Of a stretch of 64,000 nt of DNA, positions 9,335 to 18,896 are shown piece by piece (the first letter of the stretch is position 1; every line of letters begins with the position of its first letter). The notes under the pieces were generated by a model. That model saw only the letters and a program-made list of their open reading frames with translations. It was not told the origin of the DNA and searched no databases. This stretch comes from an uncultured candidate division Zixibacteria bacterium (GTDB lineage: Bacteria > Zixibacteria > MSB-5A5 > UBA10806). The position numbers and the translations under genes are program-made. The DNA lies in assembly GCA_963817915.1 (NCBI GenBank), contig CAWFQL010000003.1:64001-128000 (forward strand), written 5' to 3'.

Positions 9335-9830
9335 TATTAAAGGTGAGGTCGGGTCGCCTGACCCGACCGACATTGAGTCTCACCTAGTGATGTCGAGTCG
9401 CAGTACCTGACCAGAATCTTCTCCCCGATTTTTGTCGATTATTCTATTTTAATTGAATATTAAAAGTGAGGTCGGGTCGCCTGACCCGACCGACATTGAG
9501 TCTCACCTAGTGATGTCGAGTCGCAGTACCTGACCAGAATCTTCTCCCCGATTTTTGTCGATTATTCTATTTTAATTGAATATTAAAAGTGAGGCCGGGT
9601 CGCCTGACCCGACCGACATTGAGTCTCACTTAGTGTCGTTGAATCGCAGAACCCGACTAGAATCTTCCCCCCCGATTTATGTCGATTTTTCTATTTTAAT
9701 TGAATATTAAAAGTGAGGTCGGGTCGCCTGACCCGACCGACATTGAGTCTCACCTAGTGATGTCGAGTCGCAGTACCTGACCAGAATCTTCTCCCCGATT
9801 TTTGTCGATTATTCTATTTTAATTGAATAT
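9335..9830. repeat. Tandem repeat, 4 x 123-124 bp, each unit carrying a REP-like hairpin
   Basis: GTGAGG starts at 9343, 9466, 9589 and 9713. Copies 1, 2 and 4 are essentially identical; copy 3 is diverged. Confidence 0.95.
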
Positions 9831-9909
9831 CCCAAATTAATATGCTAATATTGCCGGTCTTATAGAAGGTGGTGGGAAGGGGATTAAATCTTAAAAATAG
9901 GGGCCAGGC

Positions 9910-11430
9910 ATGAATGCTCAAAAAAGAGAAAATTTATTAAATGAACTATATGGCTATATAAAAGAAGTCACTACTCTCGGCGGCTGCATCGCGCTGCTTG
10001 ACTGGGACGAGCGAGTCTATATGCCGCACATGGGCTCCGAAAATCGCGGCAATCAGGTCGCGCTTTTAGCAGGGATCATCCACGATAAATTCACCTCGCC
10101 GCGGGTCGGTGATATTCTCAATGAGCTAATAGCCGATGGATTGGATATTAAAGAGGACACGGTTGATTCGGCCAATGTCCGCGAGTTGAAACGAGCCTAC
10201 GATAAGCAGTTCAAAATCCCGAAATCATTGATCGAAGAAATAAGCCGTACCGCCACGAGGGCGCAGGGAGTTTGGCAGGACGCCCGTGAAAAATCGGATT
10301 TCGCCATGTTTCAGCCCTGGATGGAAAAAATGGTCGGCCTCAAACGGCAACAAGCCGAGGCGGTCGGATATGTTAAATATCCCTATAACGCTTTATTAGA
10401 TGATTTCGAACAGGGAGCCTCCACCGATGATATCACCAAAGTATTCGCCGGTCTGCGCGACGAGCTTGTAGATCTCATTGCCAAAATAAAAAATTCCGGC
10501 AAATCACCCGATACCTCGATAATCCTGCGAGATTATCCAGTCGAACGGCAGGCACATTTCGGCACTGAAGCTGCCAAGGCAATCGGCTACGATCTTGCCG
10601 CCGGACGAATCGATATCACCGCCCATCCGTTCTGCACAACTATCGGCCCCGGCGATGTCAGAATCACGACCCGTTATAATCCCAATCATTTCCCGCAGGC
10701 ATTTTTCGGTATCATGCACGAAACCGGCCACGCCATGTACGACCAGGGCCTGCCAATCGAGCATCATGGCACCCCCTGCGGCGAAACAGTCTCGCTGGGA
10801 ATTCATGAATCGCAATCGCGAATGTGGGAAAATCTCGTGGGACGAAGCCGGGCGTTCTGGAAACATTTCTACCCCAAGGCACAAGCGCTCTTCCCTGAAG
10901 CCCTGAAAAATATTTCGCTCGATCAATTTTATTTCGCCATCAATGACGTCAGGCCATCGATGATCCGTATCGAGGCCGACGAGGCCACATATAATCTCCA
11001 TATCCTGCTTCGATTCGAAATGGAGACCGCGTTCTTCCACGACGAAATCAAAATCTCGGATGTCCCCGCCGCCTGGAATGAGAAATTCAAAAAGTATTTC
11101 GGTTTAGTCCCCAAGAATGACGCCGAGGGATGCCTGCAGGATGTTCACTGGTCCGCCGGCTTGATCGGATATTTCCCGACCTACACGCTTGGCAATCTTT
11201 ATTCAGCTCAATTCTATGAAACAGCCCAAAAGAGCATCGGAAATCTGGATGATAAATTCGCAAGGGGCGATTTTAGCGATCTCTTGAAATGGTTGCGCGA
11301 GAATATCCATCAACACGGCCAACGGTACCGTCCCGAGCAATTGGTGATGCGGGCCACCGGCAAGCCGCTTTCCCATCAGCCCTTGATGAATTACCTCAAG
11401 ACCAAATTCGGCGAGCTCTACGGGATATAA
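9910..11430 (+). CDS. Carboxypeptidase Taq family (M32)
   Basis: HPFC, DVRITTRY, HETGH zinc motif, HESQ, IRIEADE, QDVHW and YFPTYTLG motifs. Confidence 0.95.
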   Translation: MNAQKRENLLNELYGYIKEVTTLGGCIALLDWDERVYMPHMGSENRGNQVALLAGIIHDKFTSPRVGDILNELIADGLDIKEDTVDSANVRELKRAYDKQFKIPKSLIEEISRTATRAQGVWQDAREKSDFAMFQPWMEKMVGLKRQQAEAVGYVKYPYNALLDDFEQGASTDDITKVFAGLRDELVDLIAKIKNSGKSPDTSIILRDYPVERQAHFGTEAAKAIGYDLAAGRIDITAHPFCTTIGPGDVRITTRYNPNHFPQAFFGIMHETGHAMYDQGLPIEHHGTPCGETVSLGIHESQSRMWENLVGRSRAFWKHFYPKAQALFPEALKNISLDQFYFAINDVRPSMIRIEADEATYNLHILLRFEMETAFFHDEIKISDVPAAWNEKFKKYFGLVPKNDAEGCLQDVHWSAGLIGYFPTYTLGNLYSAQFYETAQKSIGNLDDKFARGDFSDLLKWLRENIHQHGQRYRPEQLVMRATGKPLSHQPLMNYLKTKFGELYGI

Positions 11431-11446
11431 ATTTTGATTTTGTGTG

Positions 11447-11670
11447 GTCGGGTCGCCTGACCCGACCACAGCTTTGTCATTATCGTAGGGATTTGATTCA
11501 TCAAACCCCAGAGCCTGTCATTCCGCACTCGATGCGGAATCTTGCGCGCTCCTAATTGTAGGGCGGAACTCCTGAGTTCCGCCTATTTGTAATCGGCCCA
11601 AAAAAGTCCGAACCTCGGGGGTTCGGACCTACTAGCTTTTGTGAGGTCAGGTCGCCTGCGACCTGACGAC
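11447..11670. repeat. Composite REP cassette A
   Basis: Serial hairpins: GTCGGG..CCCGAC, GTAGGGATTTGA..TCAAACCC, GTCATTCCGCA..TGCGGAATC, GTAGGGCGGAAC..GTTCCGCC, GTCCGAACC..GGTTCGGACCTAC. Confidence 0.85.
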
Positions 11671-11674
11671 CGAT

Positions 11675-12298
11675 CTATTTCCGAATCAGCTTTCTAATAT
11701 CGTCCTGATCGCCAACCAAAAACGTATGCGGTGTCTTTATCGCTGAATTCAAAAAATGATCATCGCTTTTGAGCTCTTCCCGAAATTCATCGATCGGCAA
11801 AATGGTTGGATTGATTGTACGGCCCAATAGCTCCTCAGCCTTGCCCACCGCGCTGGCGAATTCGCTGAATTTCAATTTGCCGATAATCGTCAGATCGATA
11901 TCCTTATGATCCGTTTCTTCGTCATAGGATGGCAGGCCATCGATATACGCGATCTTGATTTTCTGCTTCATCGGTTTCAACGCCGACTTCAAAATCTCCG
12001 CCACACCGAATGTCTTATACACGATGCCGCGAAGCTCCTTGTAAATCGGGTTGCCCGCGTTGACCGAATAGAATGTCTGCCGCCCGCGGACCTCGGCATT
12101 GAGTACTCCGGTCGAGACCAGCGATTTCAATTCTCTCTGAATCGCTCCCTGACGGGTTCCTGTCGCCCTGGCAACTTCCGAGAAGTAATAATGTTTGTCG
12201 CTATTGAGGAAGAATAACGACATCACTTTTTTCCTTGTACTGCCGAATAATGATTCAATCATAGCTTGCCTCATAGTCAAATGCCGCTTTAATATCAT
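11675..12298 (-). CDS. Winged-HTH plus minimal nucleotidyltransferase (MNT antitoxin-like) protein
   Basis: LFGSTR..RELKSL..GVL HTH; DIDL..IG and ELLGRTINP NTase motifs. True start may be a downstream ATG. Confidence 0.8.
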   Translation of the reverse strand: MILKRHLTMRQAMIESLFGSTRKKVMSLFFLNSDKHYYFSEVARATGTRQGAIQRELKSLVSTGVLNAEVRGRQTFYSVNAGNPIYKELRGIVYKTFGVAEILKSALKPMKQKIKIAYIDGLPSYDEETDHKDIDLTIIGKLKFSEFASAVGKAEELLGRTINPTILPIDEFREELKSDDHFLNSAIKTPHTFLVGDQDDIRKLIRK

Positions 12299-12301
12299 GC
12301 T

Positions 12302-12347
12302 TACCCATTTCGGGTATTTTTATACCCAATTTAGGTATTTCCGTCAA
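12302..12347 (-). promoter_or_regulatory. Sigma-70 promoter overlapped by two palindromic operators
   Basis: TTGACG-N17-TATAAA on the minus strand; TACCCATTTCGGGTA (12302-16) and TACCCAATTTAGGTA (12323-37), 21 bp apart. Confidence 0.65.
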
Positions 12348-12377
12348 GCAGAAGATTGCACCTTATTCTGATGTAGT

Positions 12378-12763
12378 CGTAGGGCGGAACCCCCGTGGTT
12401 CCGCCATTCCGAGTGCGGTCGGGTCTCCGCACCCGACCGAAAACCCCGATATCACCGTAGGGGTTTGATTCATCAAACCCATCTTTGGAAAATCTCAAAC
12501 ATTTCGCAGGGGCGTTTGAAAAAACGCCCATTTGCTGGGCGGCAGGCGTCCCGCCTGCCCCTTGTATAGAAGGCAAAAAAAGAGTCCGAACCGCGGGGGT
12601 TCGGACCTACTGTAAAACCGTCATTCCGCATCCGTCGGTCGCCGGACTGCAAGGCAGCACCGATGTGGAATCCGCGCGCTCCTAATCGTAGGGCGGAACT
12701 CCTGAGTTCCGCCTATTTGTTTTAGGCAAAAAAAGAGTCCGAACCGCTGGGGTTCGGACCTAC
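12378..12763. repeat. Composite REP cassette B
   Basis: Same hairpin families as cassette A; 12661-12763 closely copies 11530-11632 in direct orientation. Confidence 0.85.
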
Positions 12764-12794
12764 CGTATCGAATGAGTAAATTGGGGGCATGATA

Positions 12795-15050
12795 TCAACT
12801 GTCAAATCTCTGCTTAATGTATTCCTGTGTCTGCTTCGCTGTTAGTTCTGTAGTGGAGGGGCCGGTTCGAATGTAAAACCTTTCAATATCTCCGTCTTTT
12901 ACAAACTCTGCCTTAGTCGCCCTACCGCATTTAATGATCATCACTCTGCTATCATCGTAATCTTCAAAGTGAACATGAATTTGGGTCATAGCCAGTGGCC
13001 CTATTCTGCTCTTGACTATATTAACTAAATGCAAGCTCATCTTATCTTCATCGGGGAATCCATCCGCTTTAATATCCGCCGAACCGCCATCATCGTGCAC
13101 ACCAATAATCAAAGTGCCCCCGTTTGTATTGAGGAATCCTGCGATTGTCTTTAGCATTGATAGTTCAATCCGCTGGTCAGGGCTCCCAGTATGCAGATTT
13201 GTTCTTAAGGTCGCCTTGAATTCGACAGCTTCGGATTCGCCGTTTTCTATTATTTGGCTCAAATCTAGTTCTTTTAATTTAGTGTCCAGGTTTATATCTG
13301 CGACTAGTGTTTCATACCCTTCACGAATAATTTCAGCCATCAGTTCGCGTCTTTTGACCAGGAAATCATTATATTCTAAGTGTTCCCAGTTTTCGGGTAG
13401 CGCGTGCCAATGATACATTTCAGATAGTTCATTGTGACCAAATCTAGAATTGAATTCGGCTAAATATTCGGCGGGTGGTTGTATAGAAATTTTTGCATTA
13501 TCACCCCATTCTACGTAGGAGTAATTTGCAATTTGATTGGTTTCTCGAATACCCTTAATATTGATTTCCTTTAGATATTCCTTCGGAAATAGATGATGTC
13601 TTTCGACTGCTGAACGATTTCCTTGCATTGCCGGGTCAAACAAATCAGCTACTTTGATTTTTGAAAATAACGCTCGAGCGTCTAGAAGTACAAGTGCGGC
13701 TTCAAAAGCAAACAATGAGGGGCTTCGTGAAGAGGATGTAGCCAAATCGTTTGGCAAAGTGACAATCCAGTAGTCAGATGTTAGAGTAATTTCGCAAATG
13801 CTTTCAAGTATCCGGATGAACTGATCGCCCTCTTTTATTTCCCTGAACCGCGCAAGATCAAACTCCATAGCTGATTCCGGAGAGCCAGTGAACCGGCCGG
13901 TGACGCTGGACATAAAGAACCAGCGGGCAATAACTCGCCGAAGCTTGAATTCATTTATGCAGTATTCCGTGCGGCCGATCAAGTAAAGAATGTATGAGAA
14001 TAATAAGTTGTTTTGGGAACTGATCATCTTACCGCTTCTGAAACCGGCCTGCCTGATACAATTCATGAAATCATGCCAATACTGCAAGTTCAGAACACGA
14101 CTTTGGGCTTTCTTTAGAACGTCAAATTGCGCATTCCTTCGCTCTTCGCTAAATTGCTCAGTCTCAAGGTCCTTACCCCGAAGGATAGAATATACATATT
14201 GTAGGCGGGCTCGCTTAAACGCAACTCCGACACTAACTCGGAGGAGCTGATCAGGGCCTGGTTCTATAAAATAGTTGAACGGAGAAGCATCAACCTTTGA
14301 GGGTCGCTTGGAAGCCAGACAAAACTTCTCAAGTTCCTTGCGCCCATCGTCCCAAAATACAGACATTAGAGTCAGAATAAAGTCCGCCTGGTTCAGAGGC
14401 GTTCCTTTACTATTGATGCGCACAAAGACATCTGAAACATTTTCTTCAGAGATGTTCGGAGCCAATTCAAGAGCGGTGAAAGGAAAGCTCAAAAGTCCAT
14501 TAAGTTTGGTGATAGTCCTCTGAATTCTCCTTTTCTCGTCATCTTCGATTTCTCTGGATTCACTCAATCCAGCTAGGTATTTTTCGACTACTTCAAAGAG
14601 ATCCGTTTTTTTGTTCCATAATAAAGAGATATCAGGTATAAATGTTTTATCGCGACGTATCGCGGCGTCGGCAACCTCAAACTTTTCTTCAAGCGGATTG
14701 AAGGCTATATATATTTGTTCCTTTTCATAATTCTCTCTTATTACAGGAATGCCTTTTACAACAGCATAAAGCGAAGTCAGCCGCTGCTGACCATCAACTA
14801 TGACAAGGCGTGGCGATTTTTGTTTATTCTCAGCTCCAATAGTGCGCGAGTCTGCCGCCAAACCGTTTTGCCAAAACAAAAAATATCCCACTGGATACCC
14901 TCGATACATCGAATCGAAAAGATCCCTAATTTTGGCGTTCTTCCAGACAAACGGTCGCTGAATATCAGGTAAACCAATTTCGCCGAGGGCTATATATTCC
15001 ATTAGCTTGGATAAGTCGTAGTCGACCTTTGCGAATAGGGTATCACTCAT
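12795..15050 (-). CDS. GmrSD-like protein (DUF262 + HNH/DUF1524-like) fused to a C-terminal AlbA_2/Schlafen domain; probable anti-phage protein
   Basis: LPDIQRPFVW, VDGQQRLTSL and FVRINSKGTPL (DUF262); ERHHLFP..N..AN..N (HNH-like); GESEAVEFK..AGFLNTNGGTLIIGVHDDG (AlbA_2). Confidence 0.85.
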   Translation of the reverse strand: MSDTLFAKVDYDLSKLMEYIALGEIGLPDIQRPFVWKNAKIRDLFDSMYRGYPVGYFLFWQNGLAADSRTIGAENKQKSPRLVIVDGQQRLTSLYAVVKGIPVIRENYEKEQIYIAFNPLEEKFEVADAAIRRDKTFIPDISLLWNKKTDLFEVVEKYLAGLSESREIEDDEKRRIQRTITKLNGLLSFPFTALELAPNISEENVSDVFVRINSKGTPLNQADFILTLMSVFWDDGRKELEKFCLASKRPSKVDASPFNYFIEPGPDQLLRVSVGVAFKRARLQYVYSILRGKDLETEQFSEERRNAQFDVLKKAQSRVLNLQYWHDFMNCIRQAGFRSGKMISSQNNLLFSYILYLIGRTEYCINEFKLRRVIARWFFMSSVTGRFTGSPESAMEFDLARFREIKEGDQFIRILESICEITLTSDYWIVTLPNDLATSSSRSPSLFAFEAALVLLDARALFSKIKVADLFDPAMQGNRSAVERHHLFPKEYLKEINIKGIRETNQIANYSYVEWGDNAKISIQPPAEYLAEFNSRFGHNELSEMYHWHALPENWEHLEYNDFLVKRRELMAEIIREGYETLVADINLDTKLKELDLSQIIENGESEAVEFKATLRTNLHTGSPDQRIELSMLKTIAGFLNTNGGTLIIGVHDDGGSADIKADGFPDEDKMSLHLVNIVKSRIGPLAMTQIHVHFEDYDDSRVMIIKCGRATKAEFVKDGDIERFYIRTGPSTTELTAKQTQEYIKQRFDS

Positions 15051-15184
15051 TTTGTTATCTCCCCAGTTTCCATTAGGCTTGGTTAATTATTTCCAAAGTG
15101 TTATCAACCTTATTAAAGGATTAGGCCGCATCCTTCACTTAAGAAGGTCGCTTCCTATTTGTTACTCCATCCCTCTTTCCCATA

Positions 15185-15213
15185 ATAATAGACCTCTTCC
15201 CCCAAATTGTCAA
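15185..15213 (-). promoter_or_regulatory. Sigma-70 promoter upstream of the GmrSD-Schlafen gene
   Basis: TTGACA-N17-TATTAT on the minus strand. Confidence 0.6.
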
Positions 15214-15299
15214 TATATTCCAAAAACTCAAACGGCCGGAATCGCTTCCGGCCGTCGGAGAATGAAATGTCGCTGTTGTTATGTTATTGATTCTTGTGT

Positions 15300-15483
15300 T
15301 GTCGGGCCGCCCAACCCGACGCCACTAATATGTCATGTCTTTAATTTTTTCCTGCGAGTCACAGTCTATCCGCCAGTGGCGGAGCTTGCCGTGACTGCAT
15401 CCAATTTTGGTTTGCGATCAGGGTAAACCCTGACGCGCAGCAATTCCATTTTTTCGTAGAGACGCAAAATCTTGCGTCTCTAC
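15300..15483. repeat. REP-like hairpin cluster
   Basis: GTCGGG..CCCGAC at 15301, GCGAGTCAC..GTGACTGC, and GTAGAGACGCAAAATCTTGCGTCTCTAC at 15456-83. Confidence 0.75.
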
Positions 15484-15494
15484 ATAGTGAATTA

Positions 15495-16019
15495 TCAGGA
15501 TATAGAGCTGAGCGTCTTCTCGCCCGGTTTCCATTCCACCTGGCAGAGCTCGCCGGTCTGTAATGCCGCCAACGATCTGAGCGTCTCGCTCACCGAACGG
15601 CCGGTGTCGATATCGGATACCACCATCCAGCGCAGTACGCCTTCTGGATCGATAATAAATGTGCCGCGTAGCGCCTTGCCGTCGTCCATCAAAATATTAT
15701 AATTGTCCGATACCTTCTTCGATAAATCCGAAAGCAATGGATAGTTGATTTGGCCGAGATCGCCATTGATCCAGGCCTGATGAGAATATACCGAATCCAC
15801 CGACGCGCCCAATACTACCGCGTTGAGCCTTTCGAAATCGCCATGCCGACGAGAAAATTCACGAATCTCGGTCGGGCATACGAATGTGAAATCGAGCGGA
15901 TAAAAGAATAATGTTACCCATTTTCCGCGATAATCCGATAAACTGAATTCGCTGAATTCCCCATTGTGAATACCCTGAAGCTTGAAATCCGGCGCTTTTT
16001 GTCCTACCTTGAGACTCAT
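15495..16019 (-). CDS. ahpC: 2-Cys peroxiredoxin (alkyl hydroperoxide reductase C)
   Basis: FYPLDFTFVCPTE peroxidatic motif; GELC..W resolving Cys. Confidence 0.93.
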   Translation of the reverse strand: MSLKVGQKAPDFKLQGIHNGEFSEFSLSDYRGKWVTLFFYPLDFTFVCPTEIREFSRRHGDFERLNAVVLGASVDSVYSHQAWINGDLGQINYPLLSDLSKKVSDNYNILMDDGKALRGTFIIDPEGVLRWMVVSDIDTGRSVSETLRSLAALQTGELCQVEWKPGEKTLSSIS

Positions 16020-16462
16020 TTGTCCTCCAAATTGCTATTTTGACATTGTTTACATATACCCATTAATTGTAATGATCCTTCTAAAATCGTATATCCCTCC
16101 ATCGCCATGTCGGGCATCAATGATCTGACATCCCGTGGCAATCCGATATCATAAATCCTGTTGCAATTGACACAAATGAAATGCGCGTGCGGCTCGGTGT
16201 TGCCATCGTATCGGTATGTGTTTGAAACCGGATTCACCTTGCGCGCAAATCCAACCTTTTCTAAAAACTCGAGATTTTTATAGACAGTCGCCAACGACAC
16301 TGTGGGATAATATTCCTTCATGGTGTTATAAATATCCTCAGGCGACGGATGAGCCTTAGACCCCCGAAGCAATCCTAACACGGCTAACCTTTGCTCTGTC
16401 AACTGGATACCATTCTCTTTGCAGTAGTGAATAAAATCGTCAATTCTTGAATCTTTTACCAT
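16016..16462 (-). CDS. perR: Fur-family regulator, PerR-like
   Basis: HPSPEDIY, SLATVYKNL, PHAHFICVNC, CKQC; coupled to ahpC. Confidence 0.8.
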   Translation of the reverse strand: MVKDSRIDDFIHYCKENGIQLTEQRLAVLGLLRGSKAHPSPEDIYNTMKEYYPTVSLATVYKNLEFLEKVGFARKVNPVSNTYRYDGNTEPHAHFICVNCNRIYDIGLPRDVRSLMPDMAMEGYTILEGSLQLMGICKQCQNSNLEDK

Positions 16463-16487
16463 CGTTCCTCCAATACATATTCCTGAA

Positions 16488-16502
16488 CGATAATAATTAT
16501 TG
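16488..16502. promoter_or_regulatory. PerR/Fur box
   Basis: CGATAAT-A-ATTATTG 7-1-7 inverted repeat ~26 nt upstream of perR. Confidence 0.6.
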
Positions 16503-16545
16503 AATAGTTTCTGTTATTATAGAATTTTTTTGAAATTGATTAAAA

Positions 16546-16914
16546 TTATGCGATTGCTTTGGACTTGAAAAGCTGGATTAATTCCCTGATGTGATTCATA
16601 AGGCAATTAGCGCCGCAAGGTTCAAGGTTGGAGATATTAAGGCAATGGCCCTTGCAGCCTTCTTTTCCTCTATTCAATTCATGATAAATTGGACCATGGT
16701 ACAGATCGATAAAATTGATCACCTCTATGGCCATTGTCGTGCCGCAACCGGAGGAAATATGATTAAACAAAAAGAGGCCTTCTTCAGGAATATAAAAATC
16801 GGGTTGGAATCCTATTATCGCGACCTCGGGCGAGATGATAAATTCTCGTCTATTCGTCCAGGATTGCCTGCAATAAGTACAAACTTTGAAAGGTGCCGCG
16901 ACTAAAGCTTCCAT
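16546..16914 (-). CDS. Cys/His-rich hypothetical protein
   Basis: 122 aa; CTYC, H..CGTT, CKGHC and CGANC motifs; in the same run as comB and gcvT. Confidence 0.7.
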   Translation of the reverse strand: MEALVAAPFKVCTYCRQSWTNRREFIISPEVAIIGFQPDFYIPEEGLFLFNHISSGCGTTMAIEVINFIDLYHGPIYHELNRGKEGCKGHCLNISNLEPCGANCLMNHIRELIQLFKSKAIA

Positions 16915-16925
16915 CGATTACTTTC

Positions 16926-17786
16926 CTATATATTCAGGACGCTTTTCCAGGTGGATTTGGCCAATTTCTGAAATTCGGAATCATCCGGATCTTCTTCCCT
17001 GATAAACGGCGCGATTGTCTTAAAGAAATGCGCTTTATCAAGCGAAAGCTCCGGTACCACTCGCTCGGAATTAATTAATGCCGCCTGCTCCAGATCATGC
17101 TCCATTCCAAGCTGAGAGAGATAATATCCATGCGATGATTCTTTAAGCATCAATAATATATCCCGATGATAGCTGTCGAAAAGATACTTGGCGGTCCGTG
17201 ACGCGTCGTTGACAGCCAATTCTGTTTTTGATCTTTTGAGGATTTCATTTATAAACATGCCGGCGCAAACCGAATCTTCAAGCGCGAATCTTCCCATCTT
17301 CCCGGAGCATATCAATACGATCCTCCCATGGAGTTCGATCGAATCGAGCACGGCACTGATATTGTTGAATGATCCAATCAGCGCGCGCGCGGCTTCCATT
17401 GATGCCAACAATGCCTTCGAGCAATTGGTTGACGAATATATCAACTCTTTTCCACGAACAATATCGGGCGCATATTCCGATGGTGAATTGCCGAGCTGAA
17501 ATCCTTCGACACGTAAACCGTTTCGTTCGCCGCAGAGCAGATACTCATCTGGATGAAGCTTCGCGGCCTTCTGCTTTGCCGCCTCGATTTCGGCTACAGG
17601 CATAATTTTAAGGGCGCCGTTTTTGAGCGCCCTTATTAACGTTGTCGATCCTCTGAGGACATCGATTACAATCGCGGTCGTGTCCCGCAATTCGAGTCCC
17701 ACAAGTTCCGCCGGAGTAAACGCGGTGATTATTTCTAAATCGCCCGAATGACTATTCATGCTTATATATATCGGACGCTTTGACAA
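16926..17786 (-). CDS. comB: 2-phosphosulfolactate phosphatase family protein
   Basis: VIDVLRGSTT, GERNG..GF.LGNSP, SSTN and EDSVCAG motifs. Confidence 0.88.
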   Translation of the reverse strand: MSKRPIYISMNSHSGDLEIITAFTPAELVGLELRDTTAIVIDVLRGSTTLIRALKNGALKIMPVAEIEAAKQKAAKLHPDEYLLCGERNGLRVEGFQLGNSPSEYAPDIVRGKELIYSSTNCSKALLASMEAARALIGSFNNISAVLDSIELHGRIVLICSGKMGRFALEDSVCAGMFINEILKRSKTELAVNDASRTAKYLFDSYHRDILLMLKESSHGYYLSQLGMEHDLEQAALINSERVVPELSLDKAHFFKTIAPFIREEDPDDSEFQKLAKSTWKSVLNI

Positions 17787-17801
17787 TCTTTTGATGTCAA
17801 A

Positions 17802-18896
17802 TCATCGATGGCTGCCCTTTTTGTAGAATGGCGCCTTGACTACCTCCGCGATCGCGACCTTACCCCTGATATCAATGCCGATTTCATTGCCTATTTTCGA
17901 ATATTCCGATGGCACGTATCCGGCGCCGATACCTTTGTCAAGCATGGGCGAGAATGTGCCCGATGTCACTTCGCCGACTTTTTTGTCGCCTATTACGATT
18001 GGATGATGCTGTCTTGGAAATCCCTTTTCCTTCAATTCGAATGCCACCAATTTTCGGCTTGTGCCCTGTTCTTTGGCCTTGAGCAATGGGGCACGTCCAA
18101 CGAAATCACCCTTATCGAATTTTACTACCCATCCCAGACCGGCTTCAATCGGGTTAGTGGTTTTGTCGATATCATTGCCGTAAAGGGCATATTTCATTTC
18201 GAGGCGTAGCGTATCTCTGGCGCCCAAACCGATCGGTTCGACATCGAATTCCTTGGCGGCATCGGCGGTGGCATTCCACATTTTTTCAGCATGCTTGGGA
18301 GCGAAATAAAGCTCGAAGCCATCCTCGCCCGTGTAGCCGGTGCGTGAAAATAGCATCTCGACTCCGGCAATCCGCGCAGTGCCAGACCAATAGTACTTCA
18401 TCGATGCCAAATCGTAATCGGTTAGTTTTGTCATTACTTTTTCGGCATCGGGGCCCTGAATGGCGAGCAGGGCATTCTCGTCGGAAAGATTCTCGAGTTT
18501 GATGTCATCGCTTTTCTTTAGCGATTGAAAATAGGCGAAGTCCTTGTCGATATTGGAAGCGTTAACAACCAAAAAGAAGATATCGCCGAGATTGTAAACC
18601 AAGAGATCATCGACAATACCGCCATCGGGGTAGCACAGGCAAGTGTACATCACCTGGCCGACCTCGAGCTTATCGACATCATTGGTAACACAACGCTGGA
18701 TAAATTGTTTGGCGCCATGCCCGGACACGGTGAATTCACCCATGTGCGAAAGATCGAAAAGCCCTACGGAATTGCGCACTTTCTTGTGCTCTTCGGTTAT
18801 CGAACGATACTGAATCGGCATGTAATAGCCGGCGAACTCGACAAGCTTGCCACCAAGCTTTTGATGGATATCATAAAACGCAGTCTTTTTAATCAT
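17802..18896 (-). CDS. gcvT: Glycine cleavage system aminomethyltransferase T
   Basis: FDLSHMGE, RTGYTGEDGFE and GLGARDTLRLE motifs. Confidence 0.97.
   Translation of the reverse strand: MIKKTAFYDIHQKLGGKLVEFAGYYMPIQYRSITEEHKKVRNSVGLFDLSHMGEFTVSGHGAKQFIQRCVTNDVDKLEVGQVMYTCLCYPDGGIVDDLLVYNLGDIFFLVVNASNIDKDFAYFQSLKKSDDIKLENLSDENALLAIQGPDAEKVMTKLTDYDLASMKYYWSGTARIAGVEMLFSRTGYTGEDGFELYFAPKHAEKMWNATADAAKEFDVEPIGLGARDTLRLEMKYALYGNDIDKTTNPIEAGLGWVVKFDKGDFVGRAPLLKAKEQGTSRKLVAFELKEKGFPRQHHPIVIGDKKVGEVTSGTFSPMLDKGIGAGYVPSEYSKIGNEIGIDIRGKVAIAEVVKAPFYKKGSHR

Noticed and set aside
9335..9830. CRISPR array
   Set aside because: Whole 123-bp units repeat with no unique spacers, and no cas genes are nearby.
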